From: Candidatus Poribacteria bacterium
Lineage (GTDB): Bacteria; Poribacteria; WGA-4E; WGA-3G
NCBI GenBank assembly: GCA_965214095.1
Contig: OZ243938.1
Coordinates: 3,616,001 to 3,680,000 of the forward strand
Reading direction: 5' to 3'
Length of the DNA: 64,000 nt
Of this stretch, positions 9,978 through 20,681 are shown piece by piece. Position 1 is the first letter of the stretch; every line of letters starts with the position of its first letter. A program made the translations under genes and the position numbers. The notes below the pieces were generated by a model, which saw nothing but the letters and a program-made list of their open reading frames with translations, did not search any database and had not been told where the DNA came from.

Positions 9978-10490
9978 ATGAAACATCAACGTATTCAGAA
10001 ACATTTATCAGCATATTTAGACAACGAATTAGCACCGGTCTTGCATAAGAAGGTTGAAACCCATTTGTCCACCTGTGAAGAATGTGCCGACCTGTTGGCA
10101 GATTTCAAAGTAAATCGGCAGCAGATCACTGAACTTGTGCATCCTGCTCCATCTATGAAGCATGTGGTTTTGGCAAAGATACGAGCCGCGGAAGCATCTT
10201 CGCGTAGCACATTCCTTGACATCTTTAGACGATGGGTGTTCCGACCTTTTACCGTCGGTGCGACAGCATTTTCAACACTCTGTTTCATCTTCGCGTTTTT
10301 CTACTTCTCATCTACACCTGCACCGCAGTATGATGAGCTTGTGGATTTCTATTTTGGTGTCCACACGGAAGAGGTGGCGAATAATCCGTTGAAGTCAAAT
10401 GTTGCAACACCGCTGAGTACCCCCGCAACAGATGCCGAGGAAGTTGAAGACGGGACAGATACGTTGCTGGATGTCTATTTTAGTGATTAA
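9978..10490 (+). CDS. Zinc-finger (zf-HC2) anti-sigma factor
   Basis: LSAYLDNEL...HLSTCEEC, single TM helix, follows the sigma gene. Confidence 0.85.
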   Translation: MKHQRIQKHLSAYLDNELAPVLHKKVETHLSTCEECADLLADFKVNRQQITELVHPAPSMKHVVLAKIRAAEASSRSTFLDIFRRWVFRPFTVGATAFSTLCFIFAFFYFSSTPAPQYDELVDFYFGVHTEEVANNPLKSNVATPLSTPATDAEEVEDGTDTLLDVYFSD

Positions 10491-10901
10491 CTATAGTTTG
10501 GACACTTTCTCTTGGTTACATACTGATATTGCTGGCATTTGCAATATATTGTGAGTTTTGGATAGGATAATACTTTGATGAAAAAGTGTGAAAATATCAA
10601 AATGAGCAGCCCCAGCGGGGCGGAATGTGTATAGAAAACTGTGCCCCGACCAATGCAAGCCCCAGCGGGGCGACAGGTGTATCATAAGCACAAACTTTAC
10701 TCACTAAATTAGGCGTTTTCCCCAGGCCGGTAGGTGCGGTTTCCTAACCGCACGGAACCTGTGCGAGAACCTCTATGAAGGTATTTGGCACAAAGCCGGT
10801 TCGGTTAGGAAACCGAACCTACCGGTACTTGGAAGGATGCTAAATTGATGCCAATCGTGTGGTTATGAAACCGCATCTACCGGGTCTGTGAGAGAGAACT
10901 T

Positions 10902-11942
10902 TTGGGTGATTCTATGCGAACAAAATCTATATCTGTGTTTTGCTACTGTATATTATTTGTTTTTATTCTGGCATCCAGTCGCCTTTTTGCTGATGTTGAT
11001 ACGTTGAAACGTATCGCAGAAGGGGAGAGTGATGTGGCATATATCGGATTGCGTCTCAAGACAACAAGCACATCCAGCGGCTCTCGGACGGTGGAGGAGG
11101 TCGTCATTCATAGAAATGCAGAGGATTCTTATCGTAAGTTTGTCTCCATTATCGGCGCACCGAAAGCGTTGGCAGAAGAAAATGATGCAGGTAAGAAACA
11201 GGTGGACAGAAATAGAGATACGCGTAATAGGAGAGGTAGAGAGTTCAGATGGCAACACCACCGAAGTCAATTTTCTATAAAAGAGATTGAGTTGATTGCA
11301 CAAAACTATGCGTTAGAACTCAGACATTGGGGAGAGAATATCGCTGGACATCAGACAGATCTCCTCATCATTAAGCCGAAACATGCCAACAGATCCACCA
11401 AACACATATACTTTGCACGAAAAAATGGGGTTATCTTACGGGTAGAGGATTTAGATGCTGCAGGTATTCTACGGAATATGTTCGTTTATAATCGCATTAG
11501 TTTTGAACAGAATGCTGTTGAAACCAAGTGGAAAAATCTGCAAAAGGAAATTAATCCGCAACCGCGGCATAACCGTCCAAGAATTACACTTGCTGAAGCA
11601 GAAGAAATCCTCAAGAAAAAACCTATCCAACCGACATACATACCTCAAGGTTTCCAACTCCAAGGTTTATATAAACGTCATTTTAGAGGCATTCATATTC
11701 AGTTAAAATATACAGATGGATTATTGGATATAAACTTATTTGAAACTACAGATAAAGTTAGACCCAGTGAGAGACCTGTGATAAAGATTGGTGGTACTTC
11801 GGTACGTGAATATCAACGGGTTCCTGATTACGCGTTCGGTTGGAAAAGCGATGGTGTCAATTTCTTTATTTCTGGACCAATTCCACCAGCCGAATTGCAG
11901 AAGGTCGTTGAGTCTATTATCCTCAAGAAAGATAAGAAGTAA
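10902..11942 (+). CDS. MucB/RseB-like periplasmic regulator
   Basis: Signal peptide; ENIAG..TDLL, PTYIPQGF, YTDGL..INLFE; third gene of the sigma/anti-sigma cluster. Confidence 0.7.
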   Translation: MGDSMRTKSISVFCYCILFVFILASSRLFADVDTLKRIAEGESDVAYIGLRLKTTSTSSGSRTVEEVVIHRNAEDSYRKFVSIIGAPKALAEENDAGKKQVDRNRDTRNRRGREFRWQHHRSQFSIKEIELIAQNYALELRHWGENIAGHQTDLLIIKPKHANRSTKHIYFARKNGVILRVEDLDAAGILRNMFVYNRISFEQNAVETKWKNLQKEINPQPRHNRPRITLAEAEEILKKKPIQPTYIPQGFQLQGLYKRHFRGIHIQLKYTDGLLDINLFETTDKVRPSERPVIKIGGTSVREYQRVPDYAFGWKSDGVNFFISGPIPPAELQKVVESIILKKDKK

Positions 11943-12141
11943 TTTTTGGATTACATAGATTGTGTCGTCAGTTGGGTTTAACCATTTAAATCCGACTTTT
12001 TTTGTTTGGACATTGTCTGAACCAGGATTTTCAGGATAAGAGTCTGATATTCTAAAGTTTCTATCTAATACTATTTCTGATTAATAATATATCATTTTAT
12101 CGTAGGTCGGGTAGAGGCACGAAACCCGACATGATAGACAC

Positions 12142-12286
12142 CATAAGCGTCAATTTAGCATCCTTCCAAGTACCGGTTTTGTGCCAAATACCTTCATAGA
12201 GGTTCTTGCACAGGTTCCGTGCGGTTAGGAAACCGCACCTACCGGCCTGGGGAAAACGCCTAATTTACACTAAATTGATGCCTATG
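12142..12286 (+). mobile_element. IS4-type MITE (internally deleted copy) nested in a REP-C doublet (12102-12346)
   Basis: Ends CATAAGCGTCAATTTAG / CTAAATTGATGCCTATG; flanked by GTAGGTCGGGTAGAGGCACGAAACCCGAC and its inverse. Confidence 0.8.
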
Positions 12287-12381
12287 GTTACTACATGATA
12301 GACACAATCAATATGCGTCGGGTTTCGTGCCTCTACCCGACCTACGAAGGAGATGAACTTTAACATTCAAAGGAGAAAATA

Positions 12382-13191
12382 ATGAACTATATTTTTGTTT
12401 TTATGCTAACTATTTTCACTACCGGTCTATTTTTTGCTGTTAATGCTGATGCGGATAGCATTGTGGATAAACTTGAGAATTCGCCTCGTCACGGTGAGTG
12501 GGTTACTGTTAAAGTAACGGATGACCGCGAAATCAACGCTTTCATCGTGTTTCCTGAGGTGAAAGAACCTGCGACTTCTATCATCGTCATCCACGAGATA
12601 TTTGGATTGACCGATTGGATTCGGCTTGTGGCGGATAGACTTGCTGCTGATGGATTCGTTGCTATCTGTCCAGACCTACTTTCTGGTATGGGACCGGATG
12701 GCGGTGGTACTGAGAGTTTTGAGTCGGGTGATGATGTCCGTAAGACTATCCGTAATCTGACACCGGAACGTGTGAATGCTGACCTTGATGCTGTGAGTAA
12801 ATATCTGCGGGATCTGCCTTCTACTAACGAGAAGGTGGCTGTCTCTGGTTTCTGTTGGGGTGGTGGAAAGACTTTCAGTTATGCGGTGCAATCGGATGAG
12901 ATTGTGGGTGCGTTTGTGTTTTATGGGTCTGCCCCTGATGTTGATGACGTTCCGAAGATTTCTGTGCCTGTCTACGGGTTTTATGGTGAGAACGACAATC
13001 GTATCAATGCTACGATTGATCGGACGAAGGCAGCTGCGGATGCTGCTGACGTTATGTATGAACCTGTGATTTATGAGGATGTGGGTCACGGTTTCTTGCG
13101 GCAGGGTATGAAGGATGATGCGAGTGATACGCAGAAGGCTGCTGTGAAATCTGCGTGGGAACGTTGGGTTAAGATTTTAGGTGAATTGTAA
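12382..13191 (+). CDS. Dienelactone hydrolase family protein, exported
   Basis: IHEIFGL, GFCWGG, GHGF motifs; signal peptide. Confidence 0.9.
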   Translation: MNYIFVFMLTIFTTGLFFAVNADADSIVDKLENSPRHGEWVTVKVTDDREINAFIVFPEVKEPATSIIVIHEIFGLTDWIRLVADRLAADGFVAICPDLLSGMGPDGGGTESFESGDDVRKTIRNLTPERVNADLDAVSKYLRDLPSTNEKVAVSGFCWGGGKTFSYAVQSDEIVGAFVFYGSAPDVDDVPKISVPVYGFYGENDNRINATIDRTKAAADAADVMYEPVIYEDVGHGFLRQGMKDDASDTQKAAVKSAWERWVKILGEL

Positions 13192-13258
13192 TTCTATACA
13201 CCTTTCGCACCGCTGGTGCTAAGATTGTTTACATTTCTTAAATATAAAAGGAACACCT

Positions 13259-14023
13259 ATGGCACATAGACTGGCTAACAAGATTGCAATTATTACGGGT
13301 GGTGCGCGGGGTATCGGTGCGAAGAGTGCGGAACTCTTTGCTGCGGAAGGCGCGGCTGTCGCTATCTGGGACATGAACGTTGCACGCGGTGAAGAGACGA
13401 CACAACTGATAAATGCTCAAGGTGGCACGGCTATTTTCTGTGCGTGTGATGTTACGGATACGTCGCAAATTGCGGCTGCTACACAACGCGTTTCCACTGA
13501 ACTTGGCAACCCGAATGTGCTATTCAATAATGCCGGTATCGCGGTTGTTGGCGAATTGGAAGAGATTACGGAAGCTGAATGGGATCGGCAGTATGCGGTG
13601 AATGTGAAAAGCATCTATCTGGTCTCCCGTGCGATTATCCCGTTGATGCGTGCTGCCGGTGGTGGGTCTATCATCAATATGGCGAGCGAGTCGGCTTTTG
13701 TTGGGTTTCCGATGCATCCTGCTTATACCTCCTCTAAGGCTGCGGTTGTGCATCTGTCGCGTAGCATGGCGGTTCGGTATGCTGAGGATAATATCCGTGT
13801 GAATAGTCTGTGTCCGGGAACTATCAATACCGAGCTTTATCAGGAGTTCTTATCGCAACAGGATGACCCGGATGCTGTGAACAATGAGATTGACAAAATG
13901 CATCCATTGGGTATTGGTGAACCTGTTGATATTGCGTGGGCTGCGGTTTATTTGGCTTCTGATGAGTCTCGGTATATGACAGGTGCTCCGATGCTTGTTG
14001 AGGGTGGGATTTTGTCTTTGTAA
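13259..14023 (+). CDS. SDR family oxidoreductase
   Basis: TGGARGIG, NNAG, YTSSK. Confidence 0.92.
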   Translation: MAHRLANKIAIITGGARGIGAKSAELFAAEGAAVAIWDMNVARGEETTQLINAQGGTAIFCACDVTDTSQIAAATQRVSTELGNPNVLFNNAGIAVVGELEEITEAEWDRQYAVNVKSIYLVSRAIIPLMRAAGGGSIINMASESAFVGFPMHPAYTSSKAAVVHLSRSMAVRYAEDNIRVNSLCPGTINTELYQEFLSQQDDPDAVNNEIDKMHPLGIGEPVDIAWAAVYLASDESRYMTGAPMLVEGGILSL

Positions 14024-14025
14024 TT

Positions 14026-14276
14026 TGTCTGAACCAGGATTTGCAGGATTAGTAGATTACCAAGATTATGAGTTTGGCTCACCAAAGTTCCTATTCCCAG
14101 TTTGACGTTTATTCTCTGATACGCTATAATCCCAGGCCGGTAGGTTCGGTTTCCTAACCGAACCGGATCTTCTGAGAAAACCTTTTTGAATGGCATTGGC
14201 ACAAATCCGGTTCGGTTAGGAAACCGAACCTACCGGTCTGGTGAATAACGCTCATCCTGCAAATCCTGGTTCAGAC
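14026..14276. repeat. Family-B palindromic element with a nested REP-A doublet
   Basis: TGTCTGAACCAGGATT...AATCCTGGTTCAGAC ends; REP-A pair at 14137-14235 inside. Confidence 0.8.
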
Positions 14277-14309
14277 GATCTCGGTTTTAAACCGCACCAA
14301 CCGTTTTGC

Positions 14310-15245
14310 CTACAACGCATGATCAGCAGGGGTGAGCCCTTTCTTAAAGGTACCGAAACCGAACATTGTGGGTTTGTATTCAACGACATAGTCCACATGT
14401 GATGTGTCAGGGATGTTGTCTTCAAGTCCAACACACCAATATATTCCGTTGACAAGTAACCGCCGTAATCCTTCGCTTTCCAAATCTACGGAAGCTCCCA
14501 TGGTTGTGTTGAATACGCGGCAGGTGTTGCCTGTCTCTCCCGTATAACTCTTTATCCACGCCATCGGCATTGTGGTTGTGTCGGGTTTGGGTGGATCATC
14601 GGGTTCCATGCCGGTAAGCACCTGTCCGTGAACCAATACCTGCGCATCCCCCGTCAACGATTTGATTCCGTAGACATCTGAGGGACCCCATATATCTTCC
14701 ACACCTTTTAATATAGGGTGATCTTTGTTTTCCTCGTCGATGACACCGCGCGCACTCTCTTTCCCGTGGTGTCCATGATGGTTTATCCACGTCTCTCCGA
14801 GTACTTGCCGACCATACCCGCCATCAAACTCTTGGCTGTTGAAACTATATTTCGCATAAGGACTCTCTTTGTTTTCAGTGTAGTTGAAGGCGTGTGTTGC
14901 GGTACGTAACCCCATCACGGGTCCGCCTGCGTTGGTATAGTCTATGATGTGTTTCATCTGTTCATCGGGGAGTTCTCGGAAACGGGTGAATAAGACGAGC
15001 ATATCCGCAGCTTCCAGTAGATGTAACCCCGGTATGTTATTCTGATTGTTTGGGTCAATCTCTCCTGTGTCGGGGTCGATTGCGAATAGGACGGAGCAAT
15101 TGAATCCGTGATGTGTGGATAGGATTTTACCGAGCATCGGTAGTGCCTCTTCGGAACGATATTCTTCGTCTCCGCTCACGAGTACGATGTTTTTGCCTTT
15201 GCCGGCACCTTCGTGTCCTTCGTAGTCTACCCATTGATTGTTCAT
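14310..15245 (-). CDS. ThuA-like domain protein
   Basis: SGDEEYRSEEALPML, GLRTATHAF, RVFNTTMG. Confidence 0.75.
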   Translation of the reverse strand: MNNQWVDYEGHEGAGKGKNIVLVSGDEEYRSEEALPMLGKILSTHHGFNCSVLFAIDPDTGEIDPNNQNNIPGLHLLEAADMLVLFTRFRELPDEQMKHIIDYTNAGGPVMGLRTATHAFNYTENKESPYAKYSFNSQEFDGGYGRQVLGETWINHHGHHGKESARGVIDEENKDHPILKGVEDIWGPSDVYGIKSLTGDAQVLVHGQVLTGMEPDDPPKPDTTTMPMAWIKSYTGETGNTCRVFNTTMGASVDLESEGLRRLLVNGIYWCVGLEDNIPDTSHVDYVVEYKPTMFGFGTFKKGLTPADHAL

Positions 15246-15503
15246 TATATCTGTGTATCTCCTGTCTTTAAGATTTTATGGTATTGAGTATAACATATTT
15301 TTTTTATTTCGTCATGTGGGTTTTGTTTGAATCGCGGATTTTCAGGATTTGAGTTTGATGTTTTATAGTGCCATTCTTAAGGTGACATTTTTTGTATCTT
15401 TGAGAGCCTCAATTTATAGTGGACATTTTTAGCTGAGAAGTCTTATCCTGTTAATCTACTAATCCTGTAAATCCTGGTTCAGACATTAATTGTTGAAAAA
15501 TAC

Positions 15504-15880
15504 TTGACAAACTTTGCAATTAGATGTATACTTAATATCGTGGCACAAATTCTTAACTGAATTTTTTAAGGATGCCAACATTTTTTTCAAATATACTTGA
15601 CAAATAATCATCAGTTGTGTTATAATTATATTATGTGAAGAGAGTTAATATATACATTATATTTTATATGTTTGTGTATTCCCTGATTACACACACTTTG
15701 AACTCTCCAACGCACTATATATTTTTACGAAACTCAGCGCAACACTTAATAAAGGTGAAACGCGCAGCAAATTTAATAAGTTGACATTTTTTTGTAACTT
15801 ATGTAGAATGGGGAACGTAGTTTAAAACGTAATACCGAGAAATTATATCGGTTGACATTATTTGTAACTTATGTTATAAT
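15504..15880 (+). promoter_or_regulatory. Four tandem sigma70 promoters
   Basis: TTGACA-17-TATACT (15504), TTGACA-18-TATAAT (15597), TTGACA-17-TAGAAT (15781), TTGACA-17-TATAAT (15852). The last two are near-duplicates. Confidence 0.7.
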
Positions 15881-16178
15881 TGATGACGTTATTATGAATA
15901 TATATCGGTTTGAAGATTTGGGAATGAAGGACGGGAACCTGAGTTTCCTAAAAGATATAGTTAAGAAACAAGCCGAACCCCAAATAAAACGGAGGACATG
16001 CCGCATTGGGAATGCACATGTCTGATACCAAAAGGTTAGTAGAATAGATTTAATCCCTGAATCTGTTCTTGATATTTCAAATTGTATTGTTGGGTGCGAT
16101 GACGTTTAGATAGATAATGTACGTGTCGCCCCTAAGTTAAACGTATTTTAGAAAATTTTATAAATAGGAGAACGAATA

Positions 16179-19100
16179 ATGAACCTGTCAAATCGATTGA
16201 CATTTTCTTTTATCTTTTCTGTTATACTCGTTGCCCTGTTTGCTGTTGCGCCTGCAATGGCACAGACAATCGAAGCTACATGGTCAACGGATCGGAATGA
16301 TGATAATACCGCTAACGATCCGGGTTGGAGCGTTACGATTGGCGGACTTGCTGCGAGCGATACCGTAACCGTTACATATTTAGATCCTGATGGTACCGCA
16401 GCAGCGGCGACCGGCACCCAAGCAGGTTTTGATGGCGTAGCAGCGGATGCTACATCTGATACAGGCTCAATCCTCGCTGGCATTGGTGATGTCATTGCAG
16501 TGCAAGTTGAAGCAGGTCCATCAGGAACCACAACAACGTATCAACGTGTAACTTTTCCAGCAGGTGGTCCTGGTGCTACACTTGCATCAACGACCTTGAC
16601 TAGGCTTCCAAAGTTAATGGAACTTGCCAAATCTGAATATTACGTGTCATTTGGTGGAACAGTAACCTTGACATTTGATTTTGCAGATGCGGTTGCTGAT
16701 ACGAATGGTGCCCCTGTTGCTGACTTACATATAAGTGACGTCTCAATTGCTGCTGCTACTGATTGGGTAGTTGATAGTGTTAGCGGAACGAATCAAGTAA
16801 CAATTCGTTCAACTCATGATCGTACTGATACTTCAGTTGGGACTACAGTGGATCTTAGTGCTGTTTATGCCCAACCGACTGATCCAGCCACAGATGGTCA
16901 AGCAACGCTCACTTATGATAATATGGCACCGACCGTAACTGCTGATTCTGTTAGTGTAGCTGCACCTTCTGGTTTCCCCACACCTCCTGATGGCGTATGG
17001 GATAGTGTTTTCATTCTCACTTTCTCTGTTTCAGATGACGGTACTGGTAGTGGATTACCAGATGAAAATCCTGTCAGAATTGACACAGACGAAACTAAAC
17101 TTGATGTAGGTGTTGTGGGTTTAGCTCCCGCAAGCGATGTTGTTGGTACTGAGTATCTTGTTAGAATAACACCAAAAGTTGGTCGTGCAACAACCGCTGG
17201 CGAAGAGGTTGTTATCACAATAGTACCTATTGATAAATCCGGTAACGAAGGTAGTATGGCTACTACAGTTAAGTTGGCGGAGAGTACTCCTCCTGATGCA
17301 TTGTATACGTCTGCGGCTCCAGCAAGTGGTGATGTAATGCAAGGCGACGAAATCACAGTGACCTTTGCTTCAGATCCTGGTGCTGTAACAGCTACGGGTG
17401 CCGCAATCTCTGGTACCGGTGCAACACGCACTCTTACGGTTGATGCTGCTCAGGCAGTAGGTGCACTTGAAATTGTACTTACCTGGGGAGAAAGTGGTCG
17501 ACAAGTGCTTAATTATACAGTGGTAATTCCAGCTGTGGCGTTTACTTCAGCAGCTCCAGCAAGTGGTGCGACTGTAGAACAAGGTGACACAATTACTCTG
17601 ACCTTTGCTTCAGATCCTGGTACTGTAACAGCTACGGGTGCCGCAATCTCTGGTACCGGTGAAACACGCACTCTCACGGTTGCAGATGATCAAGCAGCAG
17701 GTGCTTTGTCAATTGCACTTTCGTGGGCTAATGGTGGTTCTCAGGCACTTTCTTACACAGTTTCTGTGTTTGTTTCAGCAAATCCAACTTCACCATCAAA
17801 CATTATGATGGTTGAAATTCCTGCAGAATCTTATGTTGTTCTCGTTAGATCAATGAGTACTACTGAAGGCGCATTGCAATTTCCAGATGTTCCACCAGTC
17901 AATGGTACAGCTGTTGATGTCCAAGCGTGGAGCGATATGCCGGATCTATGGGACCTTTTCCAGAGAACCGCGCAGAATCGTGGTGGTGCAATCGTTTTGA
18001 GAAAGTCCGCCGATGCCGCTGATAACGATATGAAAAACGATGACGATGAGTATATCGGAATGTACGCCACACCGGCTGTCGGTAGTGTCGGTATCAGTGA
18101 AATTATGTGGGCACGTGATCTCGGACAGGGAACTGCAGCTCAACAGGCAGCAGGACAGTGGATTGAACTTCAGAATCTCAATGATAAACCCGTTAAGGTT
18201 TTGATCTATGCACAGAAAGGAAGTGAAGGACTTGTTAGCGGCGGACTCCTTGTTGATACAGCTGCTGGTGACTCACTTCTTGGTAACCCTGGTGGTATGG
18301 TTATTGATGCTGTCCAAAACATCAGAAACGATGGCAATCAAACGAATGATGGCTGGGATATTAAAGGTCAGGACGGTAACAGTGTAGAAGGTGTATCTTT
18401 CGCCTCAATGCACAGGATCCTGCCGGATAAACAGCCTGCATATACGCTTGCTCAGAATTATACGAAACGCAAGGGTACAAACGGTGGGCATTGGGCAAAG
18501 TCCGGCGGTGCATATCTCCGTAGCCAGACAACCCACACTTCAGGTGGCGTTACCAACGTGCCAATCCTTTTTGACTACAGAGGCACACCGGGTGATGTGA
18601 ATAACCGTACTGGTATAGATTTCCACACGAAAGCTGGAAAGACGAACCTTAGTGACGGTGCAGAATTGATCTTCAATGAAATCGCGAACCGTTCCGATGC
18701 TGATAAAGATTACGAATGGATTGAAATTCTGAACAGAACTGACTCTGTTAAGAGTTTGCGGTCGTACATTATAACCATGCTAACGAAGAAGGGGACTAAT
18801 GACAACGATCAGGATCAGGAAACAGTATTGTATCATTTCGCACATGATACAAATGCTGATGTTCCGGCAAATGGTGTGTTGCTCTTAGTTGCTTCAGACC
18901 CAGCCAAAGACGATGAGCATCCGCTTTCTGTCGGTTACAACGTTGATGAGAATGAAGAAGATCAGGTTCCTGGTTTCAAAGGTGATCATGTGCCACGGTA
19001 TAAGGTCGTTAACTTTGGAAGCAACGGTCTACCGAATGGTAACTTTGTATTAGTCTTGCGTAGACCTGATACAGTTGAAGGTCATGATGATGGCGGTAGA

Positions 19101-20651
19101 GGCAGAGCCGAAACCGGTAGGGCTGATTTTGATAAGATCGTTGATATGGCAGGATACGCTAACTTAAAAGCAACTAATTATCCGAATCCAGTATCCAACA
19201 CAAACTTGTGGCCACTGGATGATTTCCCAGCACCAGGTTATACCAACAATAACCTTGTGGAAAACACGGTCCATTCTCGAGCAGTTGTTAGAGACAATAA
19301 AGATGGCGACCGTCTTGGCACAGGTGCTACGGACAATGATAACAACAAATCTGCATATAGAGACGCAGGTTTTACCGGTATTGGGTATAGACGTGATGTC
19401 CCCAGAGATGGTAGATACGGCGGTACTCCGGGTTATCATGGTTCGGAAAAAGGTCTTGCCACAGATCTCACTGACGACGTAGTTATTAGTGAATTAATGC
19501 TCTCTACTGGTAGTTCGACCAACAGACAACTGCCACAGTGGATTGAAATCACAAATAACTCAGGTACGAAAACCGTTAATCTTTCAGCTGATTCAGGTTG
19601 GAGATTGGTGATTGAAACACCTGTTGATGCAATCAGAACCCTTAACTTTAAAGATAAGGGACAGGTTAAATACATTTACCCGAAGCAAACAATTCTAATT
19701 GTTGCTGGTAGTCCTACACGTAATGCACAAGCAGGTAGTGATCGATTATCGAACGACATCATCTTCAAGTCTGATCGGGTCTTCAATGTTCTCAGAGAAT
19801 ATGGTACAGGATTTACTGAGATTCAAGATGATCCTGAAGATCTTCGGGCACCACTGACGAAGAGTGACCGCTACCGTTTCTTGAACCAGAAACACTTCAA
19901 TATTAGGTTGATTGACGGTAAAGGGACTGTTGCGGATGAAGTTGGTAACCTTGATGGAAATCCACGCACTAACGATACGGCTGACTGGGATTACCCGAGT
20001 GGTCTTACCAAAGATGGCGACCGAACTTCGTTCATTCGTGTCTTTGATGAAGGACTGAAGGCGCGCCAAGCTGTCGGTAGTGATGCTGTTGATGTGCTCC
20101 CACTTGATGCTGTCCGTTCCGGAGCAGTTGAAGAAGGGAAACTTGATCTTAATGATTATGACAGTGTTATTCCTGCAGAATATGCATGGATACATGCTGC
20201 AGCACTTAACTTTGATTCCATTTATGTCAGACATACCTGGTATGGAAGTGAAGATGACTATGGTACCCCCGGTGCTCTTAAAGGTCAGGTGTTACCAGTT
20301 CAATTGTCATTCTTCCGTCCGACATTGGAAGACGGTCAAGTTGTTATCCGTTGGACTACCGAATCTGAACTTGACAACGCTGGATTTAATATCTATCGTA
20401 GTGAAGATCGTAACGGTGAGTTCACAAAAGTCAATGAACAGTTAATACAAGGTAAAGGTACCACCGCGGAACGTAGCACCTATAATTGGGTTGATACTTC
20501 AGCGAAACCTGGTGCAGTTTACTACTATCAAATTGAAGATGTATCTTTCGCAGGTGAGCGTAATCCGCTTACGACTACTAAGTTGAAAGGCTTGATCTCG
20601 GCCAAGAACAAGCTGACAACGACGTGGAGCGAATTGAAATCACAGAATTAA
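16179..20651 (+). CDS. Large secreted surface protein (Ig-like repeats, several lamin-tail domains, C-terminal KLTTTWSELK tail); S-layer-like candidate
   Basis: 1490 aa, signal peptide, ISEIMW/FNEIAN/ISELM..QWIE lamin-tail motifs, LPVQLS..WTTESELDNAGFNIYR module. Confidence 0.75.
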   Translation: MNLSNRLTFSFIFSVILVALFAVAPAMAQTIEATWSTDRNDDNTANDPGWSVTIGGLAASDTVTVTYLDPDGTAAAATGTQAGFDGVAADATSDTGSILAGIGDVIAVQVEAGPSGTTTTYQRVTFPAGGPGATLASTTLTRLPKLMELAKSEYYVSFGGTVTLTFDFADAVADTNGAPVADLHISDVSIAAATDWVVDSVSGTNQVTIRSTHDRTDTSVGTTVDLSAVYAQPTDPATDGQATLTYDNMAPTVTADSVSVAAPSGFPTPPDGVWDSVFILTFSVSDDGTGSGLPDENPVRIDTDETKLDVGVVGLAPASDVVGTEYLVRITPKVGRATTAGEEVVITIVPIDKSGNEGSMATTVKLAESTPPDALYTSAAPASGDVMQGDEITVTFASDPGAVTATGAAISGTGATRTLTVDAAQAVGALEIVLTWGESGRQVLNYTVVIPAVAFTSAAPASGATVEQGDTITLTFASDPGTVTATGAAISGTGETRTLTVADDQAAGALSIALSWANGGSQALSYTVSVFVSANPTSPSNIMMVEIPAESYVVLVRSMSTTEGALQFPDVPPVNGTAVDVQAWSDMPDLWDLFQRTAQNRGGAIVLRKSADAADNDMKNDDDEYIGMYATPAVGSVGISEIMWARDLGQGTAAQQAAGQWIELQNLNDKPVKVLIYAQKGSEGLVSGGLLVDTAAGDSLLGNPGGMVIDAVQNIRNDGNQTNDGWDIKGQDGNSVEGVSFASMHRILPDKQPAYTLAQNYTKRKGTNGGHWAKSGGAYLRSQTTHTSGGVTNVPILFDYRGTPGDVNNRTGIDFHTKAGKTNLSDGAELIFNEIANRSDADKDYEWIEILNRTDSVKSLRSYIITMLTKKGTNDNDQDQETVLYHFAHDTNADVPANGVLLLVASDPAKDDEHPLSVGYNVDENEEDQVPGFKGDHVPRYKVVNFGSNGLPNGNFVLVLRRPDTVEGHDDGGRGRAETGRADFDKIVDMAGYANLKATNYPNPVSNTNLWPLDDFPAPGYTNNNLVENTVHSRAVVRDNKDGDRLGTGATDNDNNKSAYRDAGFTGIGYRRDVPRDGRYGGTPGYHGSEKGLATDLTDDVVISELMLSTGSSTNRQLPQWIEITNNSGTKTVNLSADSGWRLVIETPVDAIRTLNFKDKGQVKYIYPKQTILIVAGSPTRNAQAGSDRLSNDIIFKSDRVFNVLREYGTGFTEIQDDPEDLRAPLTKSDRYRFLNQKHFNIRLIDGKGTVADEVGNLDGNPRTNDTADWDYPSGLTKDGDRTSFIRVFDEGLKARQAVGSDAVDVLPLDAVRSGAVEEGKLDLNDYDSVIPAEYAWIHAAALNFDSIYVRHTWYGSEDDYGTPGALKGQVLPVQLSFFRPTLEDGQVVIRWTTESELDNAGFNIYRSEDRNGEFTKVNEQLIQGKGTTAERSTYNWVDTSAKPGAVYYYQIEDVSFAGERNPLTTTKLKGLISAKNKLTTTWSELKSQN

Positions 20652-20681
20652 CTCAGGGATATTCTAACTAACCTACCCCCG

